This document shows positions 43,493-56,733 of a stretch of 64,000 bases of DNA, one piece after another (position 1 is the first letter of the stretch; the number at the start of each line of letters is the position of its first letter). The notes under the pieces were generated by a model. It was not told the origin of the DNA. It searched no databases and saw only the letters and a program-made list of their open reading frames with translations. This DNA comes from Octopus vulgaris. Its lineage: Eukaryota. Both the position numbers and the translations under genes were made by a program. The stretch spans positions 16,926,001 through 16,990,000 of the forward strand of contig OX597832.1 of NCBI GenBank assembly GCA_951406725.2. The letters run 5' to 3'.

Positions 43493-44253
43493 AATATATT
43501 CATACAAACTTTAATACATACATATATACAAATAGGAAGTGACGCACGTAAATGCACACACACACACACTCACTCAAACGTATATAACACATATGTTTAT
43601 GTTTTAGTAAGTACGTATATGAGTGTGTGTGTGTGTGTGTACGTATTTATGTGTGCGTGTATATGCATGTGTCTGTATTTACGTATGAGTGTGTGTGTTT
43701 GTGTGTATGCGTGTGAGGTGAAAATATTAAAAAAACATGAAGAGGAGACAAAATAGCGTGTATTAGGCTTACGCTCAGGAAGATTAGAAAGAAAAGTCCT
43801 TTGTATTTTGAGCATACGCTCCTCTGTAGACAGAACGGACGAGGGTAGAAAAACAGGATTCAGAAAAGAACAACACATCAATTATACGATCACCACATGA
43901 CTTGAGGGAAAATACACTCTATGATATATGTCTGCATATGTACAATTTATGATGACTGTACGATATAAAAACAAAGGTGGTGGGGTGCAGCCTGAGATAA
44001 GCCATTACGAGAAAGCAGAAAGCATTGTTGATTTACAAGAGAACATTTATCCTAGGCAATCTTGATGTTTCTTCACATCGTTTCATCCCAGACTGTATTA
44101 AAATGGCAACAGATCAAGAAGCAGCTCAGCGTTGATTATGCGAAATAATGTAGCATTCATGCAACAGCAAATGTGCTTTGATTGATGAAAAGCGCTAAAA
44201 CTATGTTTACTTGATCTAGCTATCAATTTATATGTGTGTGTATGTGGGGGGGA

Positions 44254-44571
44254 AGGCGCATGGCTAGTGGTTAGAGTGTCGAGCTTACGATCGTGAGGTT
44301 GTGAGCGCAAAAACCGGACCGGGCTGCGTGTTGTGTTCATGAGCATGACACTTTATTTCACGTTGATCCAGTTCCCTCAGCTGTAGAAATGAGTTGCTAC
44401 GTCACAGGTACCAAGCTGTATCGGCCCTTGCCTTTCTTTTGGATAACACTGGTGGCGCGGAGAGGGAAGACCGGTATGCATGGGCGACTGCTGGGCTTCC
44501 TTGCCCGGATTCGTACTTGGGAGGGTAACTTTCTAGGTGCAATCCCATGGTCAGTGTCGTGACCGAAGGGG

Positions 44572-44576
<5 letters not shown>
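44254..44576 (+). mobile_element. tRNA-derived SINE family D
   Basis: ggcgcatggctagtggttagagtg (A box), core gtgttgtgttcatgagcatgacactttatttcac...cagctgtagaaatgagt; ends at (TA)n. Confidence 0.7.
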
Positions 44577-44618
<42 letters not shown>

Positions 44619-44698
44619 TAAAAGAAATAAAACATATGCATATATATAAACATATATGTACGTACCTACCTCTACATATACATATACACGCATATATG

Positions 44699-45127
44699 AG
44701 TACAGGACACCAAAGGGACGTCGAACACATAGAGAAACGAAAACATAGACACAAACCAAAGGAACAGGACACTTTTTAAAAAAACAAAAAATGGAGTACA
44801 GGACAGTTAACACAACGAAAAATCCCCTTCTTCAGTCGCTAAGGTTTCATCTACTCTACGTTTCGAAGGATAAAAGCGAGACGTATCTTCGACAAGAAAC
44901 TTTCCTTCCTGCGAAAAGCAAATCAATTAAAATTCTGAGATCTTTTCGCAGAGGGATAAAAAATGGTAAAAAAATGGTAAAAAAACGAGACAGTAACGAC
45001 AGTACAAAAATATAAAATACAAAAATATATATATAAACAGTAAAAAAAATATATATATAACAGTAAAAGACAGGACAGGGAGAACAAGATAAGAAGGGAC
45101 GCCGAACGAAAAGAGTATTGCAAACGC
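44699..45127 (-). mobile_element. Dispersed repeat family X (copy 3, divergent subfamily)
   Basis: Same layout as 21701-22270: pyrimidine-rich 5' part, permuted HHR motif, repeated tgtcctgt, 3' end gtgtcctgtac. Confidence 0.6.
44822..44885 (-). ncRNA. Candidate non-circularly permuted hammerhead ribozyme
   Basis: Minus strand: UACGU-C^-UCGCU-uuu-AUCCUUC-GAA-ACGUA-(16 nt)-AGCGA-CUGAAGA-A-GGGGAU. Stem III UACGU/ACGUA, stem I UCGCU/AGCGA, stem II rich in G-U pairs. Confidence 0.6.
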
Positions 45128-45510
45128 TATATATATATATATATATATATGCAGATATAAGAATTTAGCTAAACCAGTAATTCCTTTGGATATTTAATAT
45201 CCCTTAGGTGAATTTAACACGCTGCTAAATTTATAATTTTTGAAATAAGTATGATTATTCACTCATTACTTTATCATCAGTAAATATACGTATATGTCCT
45301 ATGTGGAATAATACTCGATAAAGGAAAATATAACAATTGACACATCTCTTAAAGACATACCGATACCACCAATCAATGTTTATATGAAAGGGTCAATTGC
45401 CAAAATAACAGAGTTCATACATAGACTGTGATGGAGAACGTTTTATTAAGATAAAGGCCAAACGGACTGCACTAATAACAATGTTCGTGAAATAATGAAG
45501 GAGATATGTC

Positions 45511-45600
45511 AATCTGATGAAGCATCGTTACATATTTAACCGGGTTTGATTATTCGTGAAAAACTTCGTTTTATTAATGAAGTGGAAACAGCTGTAATTT
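45511..45600 (+). ncRNA. Degenerate hammerhead motif in an insert between (TA)n tracts (45151-45682)
   Basis: aat-CTGATGA (45514-45520)...GAAA-CAGCTG-TA-att (45585-45599); stems I and II are weak. Confidence 0.45.
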
Positions 45601-45680
45601 ATGAGGTGTCATTTGTTTGTATAAAATATTTAAATTGAGTTGAATTTAAAATTGCTCAGCTTGTGGTTTATTTTCCATTA

Positions 45681-45745
<65 letters not shown>

Positions 45746-45754
<9 letters not shown>

Positions 45755-46075
45755 TAAATTAGAGACAAAACCACTATTATGCAAATCAAACAAAGAAAGA
45801 CTTAAGCCAATACATAAAATAATTTATATAAATTTAGAAATTTAACAATTATAAATAACCACTACGATCGTTTCATGTCGTTTCAAAACCAAGAAGGTTT
45901 TGAAACCACCTGAAGAATGTCTCAAAGATGTGTTGAAATAAGACATGAAACGATCGTAGTGGTTATTTATAATTGTTAAATTTCTAAATTTATATAAATT
46001 TTTTTAGGTATTGGCTTAAGTCTTTCTTTGTTTGATTTGCATAATAGTGGTTTTGTCTCTAATTTAATATAATAT
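45746..46075. repeat. Inverted repeat, ~134-bp arms (45746-45879 and 45942-46075), between (TA)n tracts
   Basis: attaaattagagacaaaaccac...ccactacgatcgtttcatgtc is mirrored with a few mismatches. Confidence 0.9.
45904..45964 (+). ncRNA. Type I hammerhead ribozyme (canonical core)
   Basis: AACCAC-CUGAAGA-AUGUCU...AGACAU-GAAA-CGAUCG-UA^-GUGGUU; stems I and II are 6 bp each. Confidence 0.85.
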
Positions 46076-46156
46076 AATATGTTACTATAAAATTGGATTC
46101 AATCCTAAATCTGATTTTTCCCTGTAAATTTGGATTTATTCCCTAATATTTATTAT

Positions 46157-46227
<71 letters not shown>

Positions 46228-46413
46228 AATATATGTCTATATATTAATTATATCATAAAGGATGAAATCATTCATGAGTTCACAAGGAGTTCAGCATGAA
46301 AATAAAATAAGGTGATCTTAGCGACATTTGGCGTCTGTTTCCAGCTCGTTGCGAGGCGTATTTACCAATCTCTTGTTATAATTATATATATATGTCTTAA
46401 TATAATATTATAT

Positions 46414-46484
<71 letters not shown>

Positions 46485-46541
46485 AGTGTGTGTGTGTATG
46501 TATGTATGTAAGTATGCATGTATGCATGCATGTATGTATAT

Positions 46542-46655
<114 letters not shown>

Positions 46656-46660
46656 TGTGT

Positions 46661-47460
46661 GGGTAGTTTATTCCATGCTTCAAAAGTTCTGAGCCTGACA
46701 GAATAATTCCGAAAGTCATACTTGCTGTATTATCTTTTAAGTTACTGAGCTTGTCCACGGGTAATTTACATAATGTATTGAAGATGGTGATTAAGGCTGA
46801 TGTTGGAAAGGTGGTAGATATATTTTCGGGCATCTACTAAGTCAGTAGCCAGACGTGTGAGCTTCCATGTTTCCATGCACAGGGAGGCGGAACTTTCAGA
46901 TTACGGTGTATGCCTGACGACGGATATTCGTTTTGTTGCAAGTTTCTGAACACTTTCTAGGAGATTTGTATGCTGAACAAGATATAGCCTCCAGACTGGT
47001 GTTGTAAATTCTAAGTAAGGACTACCGTTGTCATATATAAATCTTGATATGTAGGCGGAGAGCGGCTGACAAATGTCTTACTTAGTGATGCTAGGATATC
47101 CTCAGGCTTCTTGACAATCTCAGAAACGTCGTTTGTCCAACGTAGATTGCTGTATACAATGACACCAAAATCACGTTCGCTAGAAGATTTCTTGAGACTG
47201 GTGTTGCTGAAGAAGTATGTAAAGGGTGTTTTTTTCTCCCAATGTGCATGGTAACGCACTTATACACAGCTAGCTTGAGTTGCCAGTCAGAGATCCATTG
47301 CTGAACCGTGTCGAGGTCTGATTGCAGGTACGCTCTATATCGTATAGGATCTCTTCTTTTTATTTCGCGGTAGAGATTGATATCATCTGCAAATTTCAAC
47401 ATTCCTCAAGCTGGTATTTATGTCATTAATATATGCAACAGACAGTAGCGTTCCAACAGT
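46661..47460 (-). pseudogene. Decayed CR1-group RT and C-terminus
   Basis: MLKFADDINLYREI...LQSDLDTVQQWISDWQLKL...KCVTMHIGRK and ERDFGVIVYSNLRW. The 3' part resembles 12015-12392. Confidence 0.8.
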
Positions 47461-47837
47461 GGATACGCATATATCTATGTGTGGGTCAGTATCTGTTTGT
47501 TTATCTCTTTTGTGTGCCAATGTATTGTTAAAAATACGACTGAGTTCATATTATATATTTTGTGGAAAGACTACAAGAATTGATTCGCAAAATAAATATG
47601 AAGCCATACAATAATGAGTTCAAAGTTTCATAATAAGACTGTGCAGATACGTACAAAAAGGGCGCTACTATTGTTAAAAAATGCAAAGAGTAATATGAAG
47701 TTAATACGAAAAGGTATACAATAAAATAAGAGACGTCGAACGTAGCCGTGTATTTTAATGAACCGTGAATAAAAGGAAGCCTGTTGCTCGTATATTTTTG
47801 GAGCAAAAATATATATGCAAATATGCATCCATTTACA

Positions 47838-47894
<57 letters not shown>

Positions 47895-47993
47895 GTAAGC
47901 TTGTTTCATATGTATATTTCGTATAAAGATGTAAGCTTAAAGACATGTATTCCAGCAAGCATATATCTATCTACCTATCAATCTATCTATCTA

Positions 47994-48081
<88 letters not shown>

Positions 48082-48218
48082 ATCTATCTCTCTCTCTCTA
48101 TATATATATGCATGTTTCATATATATATGTAGGATTTAAGACATGTATTCCAGCAAGTATGTATCTATCTATCTATATATATATATATATATATATATAT
48201 CTATCTACATATATATTA

Positions 48219-48275
<57 letters not shown>

Positions 48276-48626
48276 CTGTCTGTGTATGTATATATGCATA
48301 TATATATATATTTACATATACATATGTATCAATCTACATACGTGTGTTCCTCCTTCGAAATCTATATGTCCGCATCCTCCTTACATATGTCACGTACACA
48401 AGTAAGCAGATAAGCAACCATACAACTGTTGATGTTCAGCATGTCGTTCATCTTACATATTTTTCTATTATTCAATGCTACAGACTCTGTTATATTTTCC
48501 TGTACATAATGTTATTATACTTCACGTCCACTTTCAATCTGAATCTCCGTTATCTTTTTTTATTGCTTCGTTCCTTACAATTTTTATCTACAGCCATGAT
48601 ATTCCACATATATATATATAAATGCA

Positions 48627-48686
<60 letters not shown>

Positions 48687-48712
48687 TAGATGTGTGTATA
48701 TGTATCTATATG

Positions 48713-48763
<51 letters not shown>

Positions 48764-48768
48764 GTACG

Positions 48769-48855
<87 letters not shown>

Positions 48856-49228
48856 ATACGTATTTATATATATAAATATGCTTATATGTATATACGTATG
48901 AATATGTATATTTTCTTTTTTTTCATTTCTTCCTTCTATATTATCCTTGTATTTCGAATCTGTTGCTAGGACGACATCATAAATTCATAAATTCTGTTGT
49001 TTACCGACCACATAAAGCTCTGCCTGGATTTTGCCATATTATTCTATAGAAAAACCTAACCAAAATATACACACGCCGGAAAAAATAACACACAAAAAAA
49101 TATATGTATTGGCTTTGATATGCGCACAGGCATACATACACATACACACACATAAACATGCACGTGTATATATGTATCTATCATTATATGTATGTATGTT
49201 TGCGACCATTCCCCTTTTGTACACTCAC

Positions 49229-49277
<49 letters not shown>

Positions 49278-49471
49278 TGAGTATGTATGCATATATGTAT
49301 ATATATATAGATAGATAGATATAGATATATCATCACACACGCACAAACTCAGACACACGAATACATACATACAGACATACACATGAACTAATATAGACAC
49401 AAACACACATACATTTATGTGGGTATTTGCACGTAAAGTTCCCACCACACACATGTATACACTCACTCCTT

Positions 49472-49509
<38 letters not shown>

Positions 49510-49525
49510 CATACATATATATATG

Positions 49526-49560
<35 letters not shown>

Positions 49561-50080
49561 ATATATAAATATATGTATATATGTATATGTATATATACAT
49601 ACATGCATACATAATTACATACATGATACCTGTGGCAGGAGACAGGAGACAATATATTGGTTTTCCTCGGAAATGTGCAAGAATATATCTTGACGCTCAG
49701 CAAATATTAACAAAAGAACAGAAATCCCGTATTATCTTTATATATAAAGCCTATGTTTTTAGTTTGTTTTTCTTTTATATGTTTCTCCAAAAAAATTTTA
49801 CAGACTTCAATTTTATGTCCTATTTCGACAATACTCGACAATACACCCTCCAGTTTACAGGATGTGTTGTATAAAATAGTGTTGTTGTTGTCGTTGTGGT
49901 GTTGCTATAGTTGTCATATCGTTGTTACTGTTGTTGTTGCTGCTTTGTACTTGGTGCTCATATTTCAATTTTTGTTTTGTTATATTTGATTAAAATTTTT
50001 CGAATTTCATATGTCTTTGCATCAACTTTTTTACACGTCGGTATTTTTCATTCAATATAGTCTTCAATCGATCTGTGTTT

Positions 50081-50113
<33 letters not shown>

Positions 50114-50336
50114 GATACAACAAAGCTAAACATGGATATATACGTGCTTGTGTTCGTATGTAGAGTTATATAGGTTTCATATACATATAACAGGTATATT
50201 AACATCATACATGCACAGCAACGTACACATTCTCCTGCCTATATGGTTCATATGTGTGTGCATGTGTGTTTGTGTACTTATCCATCTATCTTTGCTTCTC
50301 TCTCAATTTTTATATAAATATATGTATACATATATA

Positions 50337-50575
50337 TCTACTTAGAATAACTTAGAAAGGTTTTGGCCAGTATTGGCCCAGGCCATGTCTAACTTAATAG
50401 CACCACCTGGCGAAGTCTTTCAGTTCAGGATTTGGGCACCAAGGCCCATTCGAGCAGAGAGTTATTGTTTGCGGAGACATATCCGGGTGTGGGTGGTTTG
50501 TCCGGTACTGTTTGAAGGAATTTGTCCAAAGGCTTCTTGAATTTTGCGTGGTCAGTTTCTTTTTTGACGTGCCCT
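50337..50575 (-). mobile_element. CR1/L2-group LINE 3' end with 3' UTR and short tandem tail
   Basis: [43 protein letters not shown] shared with 16059-16138, tail tctaagt repeated. Confidence 0.7.
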
Positions 50576-50588
50576 GGTCTGTGCCCTG

Positions 50589-50688
<100 letters not shown>

Positions 50689-51779
50689 CAAGTACGAAGC
50701 ACAGGAATTTGGTCATACAGCGTAAGTTTCCGCTAGATAGAGTGCATGAAGTTGCGCACGGAACCCAGCATGGTCTCCTGAGCATATGTTTAGCCATCCT
50801 CCTCCAACGATCGTCGTCTGAAATGAGCGGATGATTATTGCTACTTGAAGCTCTTAGCTGTAATCTAGACTGCACCTCAATGTTACTATGGTATTCTTTC
50901 AATAATTTCTTCTTATATATATATAGCAAGAAAATGAAGGGAGGAGAGCTTCGACTATCCCCACTTGGTGAGATGCAATGTATAAAATACATAAAATACA
51001 ATAGAAGGAAAATGCACACAGTTTACATATTTTTAATATATATTTTACATATATTTTATAAGTGAAAGAGTATTGTAGGTCGACCGGTTTCTCTTTCATT
51101 AATAATGACATTGAAATTATTGTAATTTCGTATTTTCGTAAGAAGATTTTGATCCATGTTGTGTATTGGAATTTGTGAATGAAATGAATCAACAAGTAGA
51201 GAAATCTAAGTGGAGGTAATTGGTTATCGTTATCATTCGGGACATATGAGTTAAGTGCTCTTTTTTAGAAGGAGAAAAATAAATATACAAACCTGAAAAG
51301 CTAAAGTAGTGAGATGAAATACTTACATTGATGGCTATGTGAACATGAATTAAAATAAAAACTGAGACCAGAGTTGGTTATGCGTTCCTATTTAGGGGTG
51401 TTCTAATTTTTCAATAAACAAATATTCAATGAATATATTTTCCGAAACAGCTGTTACGGATGTATTTAACTACATAGTAGTTACAATGAATAGTTTGATA
51501 TAGTGACATAGAAATGTAAACACACATACTTAAAACTGGTGTCCAGTGCAGACACAAGTGTTGCGGTATCCTATTTTAAGAGCCTGATATTTTCCATCAT
51601 CGTGCTATATAATACATACATATGTATGTGTGTGTGTGAGTGTGTCAATGTATTTATGTATGTATGTATGTAAGTACGTATTTATGTATGTACGTATGTC
51701 TTTATGCATGCATACATACATGCATGTGTGTATGTAAATATTTCAATGGCTTTCTGTAGGTGCTTCTGAAAATGTTTAT

Positions 51780-52194
51780 TTCTTTATTGCCCACAAGGGT
51801 CTAAACATAGAGAGGACAAACAAGGACAGACAAAGGGATTAAATCGATTGTATCGACCCTAGTGCGCCACTGGTACTTATTTTATCGACTCCGAAAGAAC
51901 TAAAGGCAAAGACGACCTAAGCGGAATTTGAACGTAACGGTAGACGAAATACCTATTTCTTTACTATCCACAAGGGGCTAAACACAGAGAGGACAAACAA
52001 GGACAGACAAACGGATTATATCGATGCCAGTGATTATATCGATGCCAGTGCGTAACTGGTACTTATTTAATCGATCCCAAAGGATGAAAGGCAAAGTCAA
52101 CCTCGGCGGAATTTGAACTCAGAACGAAACGGCAGACGAAATACCGCTAAGCGTTTTGCCCGGCATGCTAACGATTCTGCGAGCTCTCCGCCTT
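51780..52194 (-). mobile_element. Tandem pair of SINE family A
   Basis: ccacaaggg..taaaca.agagaggacaaacaaggacagacaaa occurs twice; head at 52194. Confidence 0.8.
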
Positions 52195-52443
52195 AAATCT
52201 TTCTCTAAAAATATTCTTCTTGTAGGTGGTGCCCCAGTATGACCGCAGTGTAATGACTGAAACAAATAAAGGAATAAAAATAAAGAATAAACACCGTTTT
52301 GCCGTTGATGAAACAGGATAGCCGTCAAGTACATCCTAACGTTTCTGCCAGAAAAGTGTATTATCCAACATAGCAACACGTGATTTTAAAGCGAAATGTT
52401 AATACATTACAGGTGAAATGCTATTACAGACACCCCGTTATAC

Positions 52444-52513
<70 letters not shown>

Positions 52514-52521
52514 TATATACG

Positions 52522-52749
52522 AGCCCTACCCTCAGAGAAAGAATAACAGTTCACCGCCAACAACTGAGGGACCCCTCCACAAGACAGATACCACTAAGTG
52601 GACTCTTAGACCTCTGTGCACACAATAAGTTCCACAAATTCTTAGTTTTCCCACTATACCAATGCCCTGACAACCCCACAGACGAAACACGAATAAATAG
52701 GGAAAATAATCTTATTCAAAAATACAGACCACAACTAAACATACTCTAA
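52522..52749 (+). pseudogene. GIY-YIG endonuclease C-terminal part (75 codons, no start, absent from the ORF track)
   Basis: Hand translation: SPTLRERITVHRQQLRDPSTRQIPLSGLLDLCAHNKFHKFLVFPLYQCPDNPTDETRINRENNLIQKYRPQLNIL*. It shows the L..R...H helix, the R...E...I helix and the terminal P.LN motif. Confidence 0.8.
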
Positions 52750-52769
52750 CATACCCCCCAGGCGCACAT

Positions 52770-54325
52770 CCAAAACAAACACACAAAGACACACACACTC
52801 GCTCCATACATACACACACAAACACATACTCAACACACACACACAAACGGACACACATGTACACACACATTCAAACGGGCACACATATACAAATACGTTT
52901 CAACCAAATCTTAAAAACACATATCTATTTACACCACAATGGACCCTGGGACCAATCAAAAACGGCCCACACACACAAAGACATGTGTGTGTGCATGTAT
53001 ATATATATATGTGTGTGTGTATATATATATGTATGTGTGTATGCACATACGCTCGCACCGTTTTGACCCCCATGCAGACAAACATATACACGCACGTGCG
53101 CACACACGGCACCATAACAAACACCAATCATGCACATTCATACACTCACACACGCACACACACAGACACAATCACATGTATATACACACACTCGCACCAT
53201 ATATACGCACACACACAAACACATACTCAATACCAACACACACAAAACGCATATACACACACACGCCACACAGATACACCCAACAGACATGGACACACAT
53301 ACGAACGAACACATACACATGAACACACACGCAACACACTAACACACATTAACCACACACACACATACACACACACACACAAACAGACACACATATATAC
53401 ACACACCATCCTACCAAACTTTAAAAAACACACATCTATTTACACCACAATTGACTCCGGGACCAATCAAAAACAGCCCCCCCACACACACATATATACA
53501 TATATATATACACACACACAAAGACACACACACAGCATTCTGACCTCCACACAGACACACATATACACACGCAGCACCATGCCAAATGCCATCCACACAT
53601 ACATACATACACACACACACACGCAACATCAAGACAATCACACACAGGGTTGACAAACGGACACACATATACACACACTATCCTACCAAATTTCTAAAAC
53701 AACACACATCTATTTACACCACAATGGACCCAGGGACCATCCAAAAACAGCCCCCCCACACACAAACACATGTATACATATATATACACACACAAAGACA
53801 CATACACCCACACCATATATACGCACACACACAAACACATACTCAATACCAACACACGCAAAAAGCATATACACACACATGCCACACAGATACACCCAAC
53901 AGACATGGACACACATACACACACACACACAAACGGGCACACATATACACACACCATCCTACCAAAAAAATTCTTTAAATAACAAACATCTATTTACACC
54001 ACAATGGACCCTGGAACCAATCAAAAACAGCCCCCCACACACACAAACACATGTATACATATATATACACACACACTCACATCATTCTGACCTCCATACA
54101 GACACACATATACACACTCAGCACCATGCCAAATCCCATTCACACACATATATACGTACACACACACACATAACACCAAGACAACCACACACGCGGTTGA
54201 CAAACGGACACACATATACACACACCATCCTACCAGATCTTACAAACACACAGACACATCTATTCACACGACATATGTATATACACACACACACAAAGAC
54301 ACACACACTCACCCCATCCTGACCC
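52770..54325. repeat. CA-rich ~275-bp tandem minisatellite with alternating unit types
   Basis: Anchor atctatttacaccacaat at 52923, 53434, 53708, 53988, and degenerate at 54258. Confidence 0.85.
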
Positions 54326-54958
54326 CTAAATCATTGATGCTTGAAGGAGTGACAAAAAGGGTAAATTCTTTTCAGTTCCACATTACTCCTCCTTTCCCCC
54401 AACCAAACATACCTACTGTGTCCCTTGAAATAGATAATATTATTTTACGTTAACATGGTGGACAGGTCAGTTTTAGCTTCACTACTATTATAATGTAAAC
54501 CTTTTTGAACTCATAATATCCTGTACGTGTATACCAATATTAACTGAACTTTTTTAATAATTCCTTCTGGAAATTATCTTGAGAATGTATAATATATTTG
54601 TTGTAATCTTTTGTGCCCAATATTTCAATGAGCTTGTTAAACTTTTTTATATTCTCAACATGCTCTTTTCACCAAAGAATGTTTATTTATATGGATCGTA
54701 GTACTCTGTGTCAACCAATATTCTGTACATGTTTGAATATACCGATACAATACCAATACCAATATCAATTCCTTCTGGAAACTATATTAAGCATGTCCTT
54801 GAGAATGATTATTTATGTAGTAATCTTTTGTGCCCAATATTTTAAGGAACTTATTGAAATTTTTTAGGTCCTGAACATGTCCCTGTTACTAAAGACTGTA
54901 TATATGTAATGTAGCAATTTGTAACAACCAATAAATAACGCAACCAAATTTCTACACG

Positions 54959-55003
54959 TTACTTTTGACAATCTTTTTCCAAAGAGTGAAACCGGTAAAG
55001 TAA
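54959..55003 (+). ncRNA. Minimal type I hammerhead, U3-A8 variant, at the 3' end of the Penelope-like element
   Basis: UUACUU-UUGACAA-UCUUU uucc AAAGA gu-GAAA-CCGG-UA^-AAGUAA; stem I 6 bp, irregular base of stem II. Confidence 0.65.
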
Positions 55004-55083
55004 ATAAACATCTTTTAAATTGCATTTTCAAACCTTCTTTCGTATATAATTCCACTCGTGCGGTACCCTACAACTCCACTTTG

Positions 55084-55175
<92 letters not shown>

Positions 55176-55201
55176 CATTATATATATATATATTATATAT
55201 G

Positions 55202-55238
<37 letters not shown>

Positions 55239-55382
55239 AATATATATAAACGGCGGTGCATCAGCATGGCCGCAGCTCTGAGCTGAAACTAAAGAAGAAC
55301 AAAATATATATATATATATATATATAATGATACACATATGCATGTATATATGTATTTCTCTCTCTCTCTGTCTCTAATTGTT

Positions 55383-55430
<48 letters not shown>

Positions 55431-55431
<1 letters not shown>

Positions 55432-56497
55432 TGGCTCCTCCCATACATAATATAGTTTTCTTTTTACTACTTTTATTATCCAAGATTAAGCTAAACAAAT
55501 TCATTTTCTATCTAAAATGTCATCTCCTTCATTGTCTACAATGTTTATCCATCTATCTGCTAGACTTGCAAGGCCCCTCTTGCAGAATTCATTTCTCTCG
55601 AAAAATACTCCTCTGTTCTGACATCTTCTACAGAATTCATATTTTTTTCAGTCCAAATCATTTTGAAGACAGCGGAGTAAATCCTAATCAGACAGAGCAA
55701 TATCGGGCGAATATGATGTGTGGGGCATCGTTTCCCATTCAAGCCTTGAAATGTCATCCTCACTGTATCATTATCCTGATGGAAGAACACCTTTCGTCTT
55801 GAAACCACATATGGTCGTTTATCCTCTCGCGCTGACTTCAGCCGCTGAAACTACTCGCAGTAGATCTCTTTTTGTTATCGTTTGCTTTGAGTTTAAATGT
55901 TCAAAGTAGAATAAACCTTGCATATCCTACGAAATAGATAACCTGGGTGAAGACCTCCTTTAGCCTGGAGCGCCGGTGTTTCTCCATTCCCTACCCATGG
56001 AAAGTTTGTGAGGAACCCATTGACCAGGTGTCGATAAATGGTTGAATGATCAAATCCAAGTTCTTTGCTAATTTCTCAACACATACGATAGGATTTTGTT
56101 CCACCAGGGTTTGCAGGACGTCGTCTTCCGGGACAGGGCTCGTCTTCTTGGCTGTAATTTCCAGCTCGGAATATCTGGAACCACAATTTTGGACACTGGT
56201 TTGCGTTTATTGTCCGGTCCCCATAGGGTGCATTTATATTCCTCGCACTTTCGTTCCTGCATTTATTAAACTCATAAACCAAAATATGATGAATATGCTT
56301 CCTGATCACTTCCATTATAGTTTTGAAAATGTAACTGTTAAAATCGAACTGCACTCTTCAAAACTTTCACTAAGAATAAGTACAAGGTAGAATTACTACG
56401 TGCTTCTATGGCAAGTTGACGCAGGCAGTTTAACCCGTCTCACTCCGAAATTTAGTTCATGAAATTGAAGAGACCGCATTATTTATGGGATGGCACA

Positions 56498-56498
<1 letters not shown>
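55431..56498 (-). mobile_element. Decayed mariner DNA transposon with degenerate TIRs
   Basis: N-terminus MEVIRKHIHHILVYEF...ARNINAPYG...WFQIFRAGNYSQEDEPCPGR; catalytic region FFHQDN and PHTSYSPD-like. TIRs ttggctcctcccatacataat and attatttatgggatggcacaa are flanked by TA. Confidence 0.8.
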
Positions 56499-56560
<62 letters not shown>

Positions 56561-56655
56561 CATTCGACAAGAGATCGACAGAATAAGTAGCAGATAATAC
56601 ACACACACACGCACGCTGACACATACACACATATATGTACGTACGTTTATATATA

Positions 56656-56733
<78 letters not shown>

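Larger units (their letters stand above)
52519..55084 (+). mobile_element. 5'-truncated Penelope-like element inserted in (TA)n: GIY-YIG remnant, minisatellite 3' region, terminal hammerhead
   Basis: GIY-YIG C-terminal frame at 52522-52749 and a same-strand HHR at 54959-55003, with (TA)n on both sides. Confidence 0.75.

Noticed and set aside
51445-51460. GAAA-CAGCTG-TT half motif
   Set aside because: No upstream CUGANGA or supporting stems found.
52923-54270. Regularly spaced anchors resembling a CRISPR array
   Set aside because: The spacers are ~250 bp, homologous to each other and low complexity; eukaryotic context with no cas genes.
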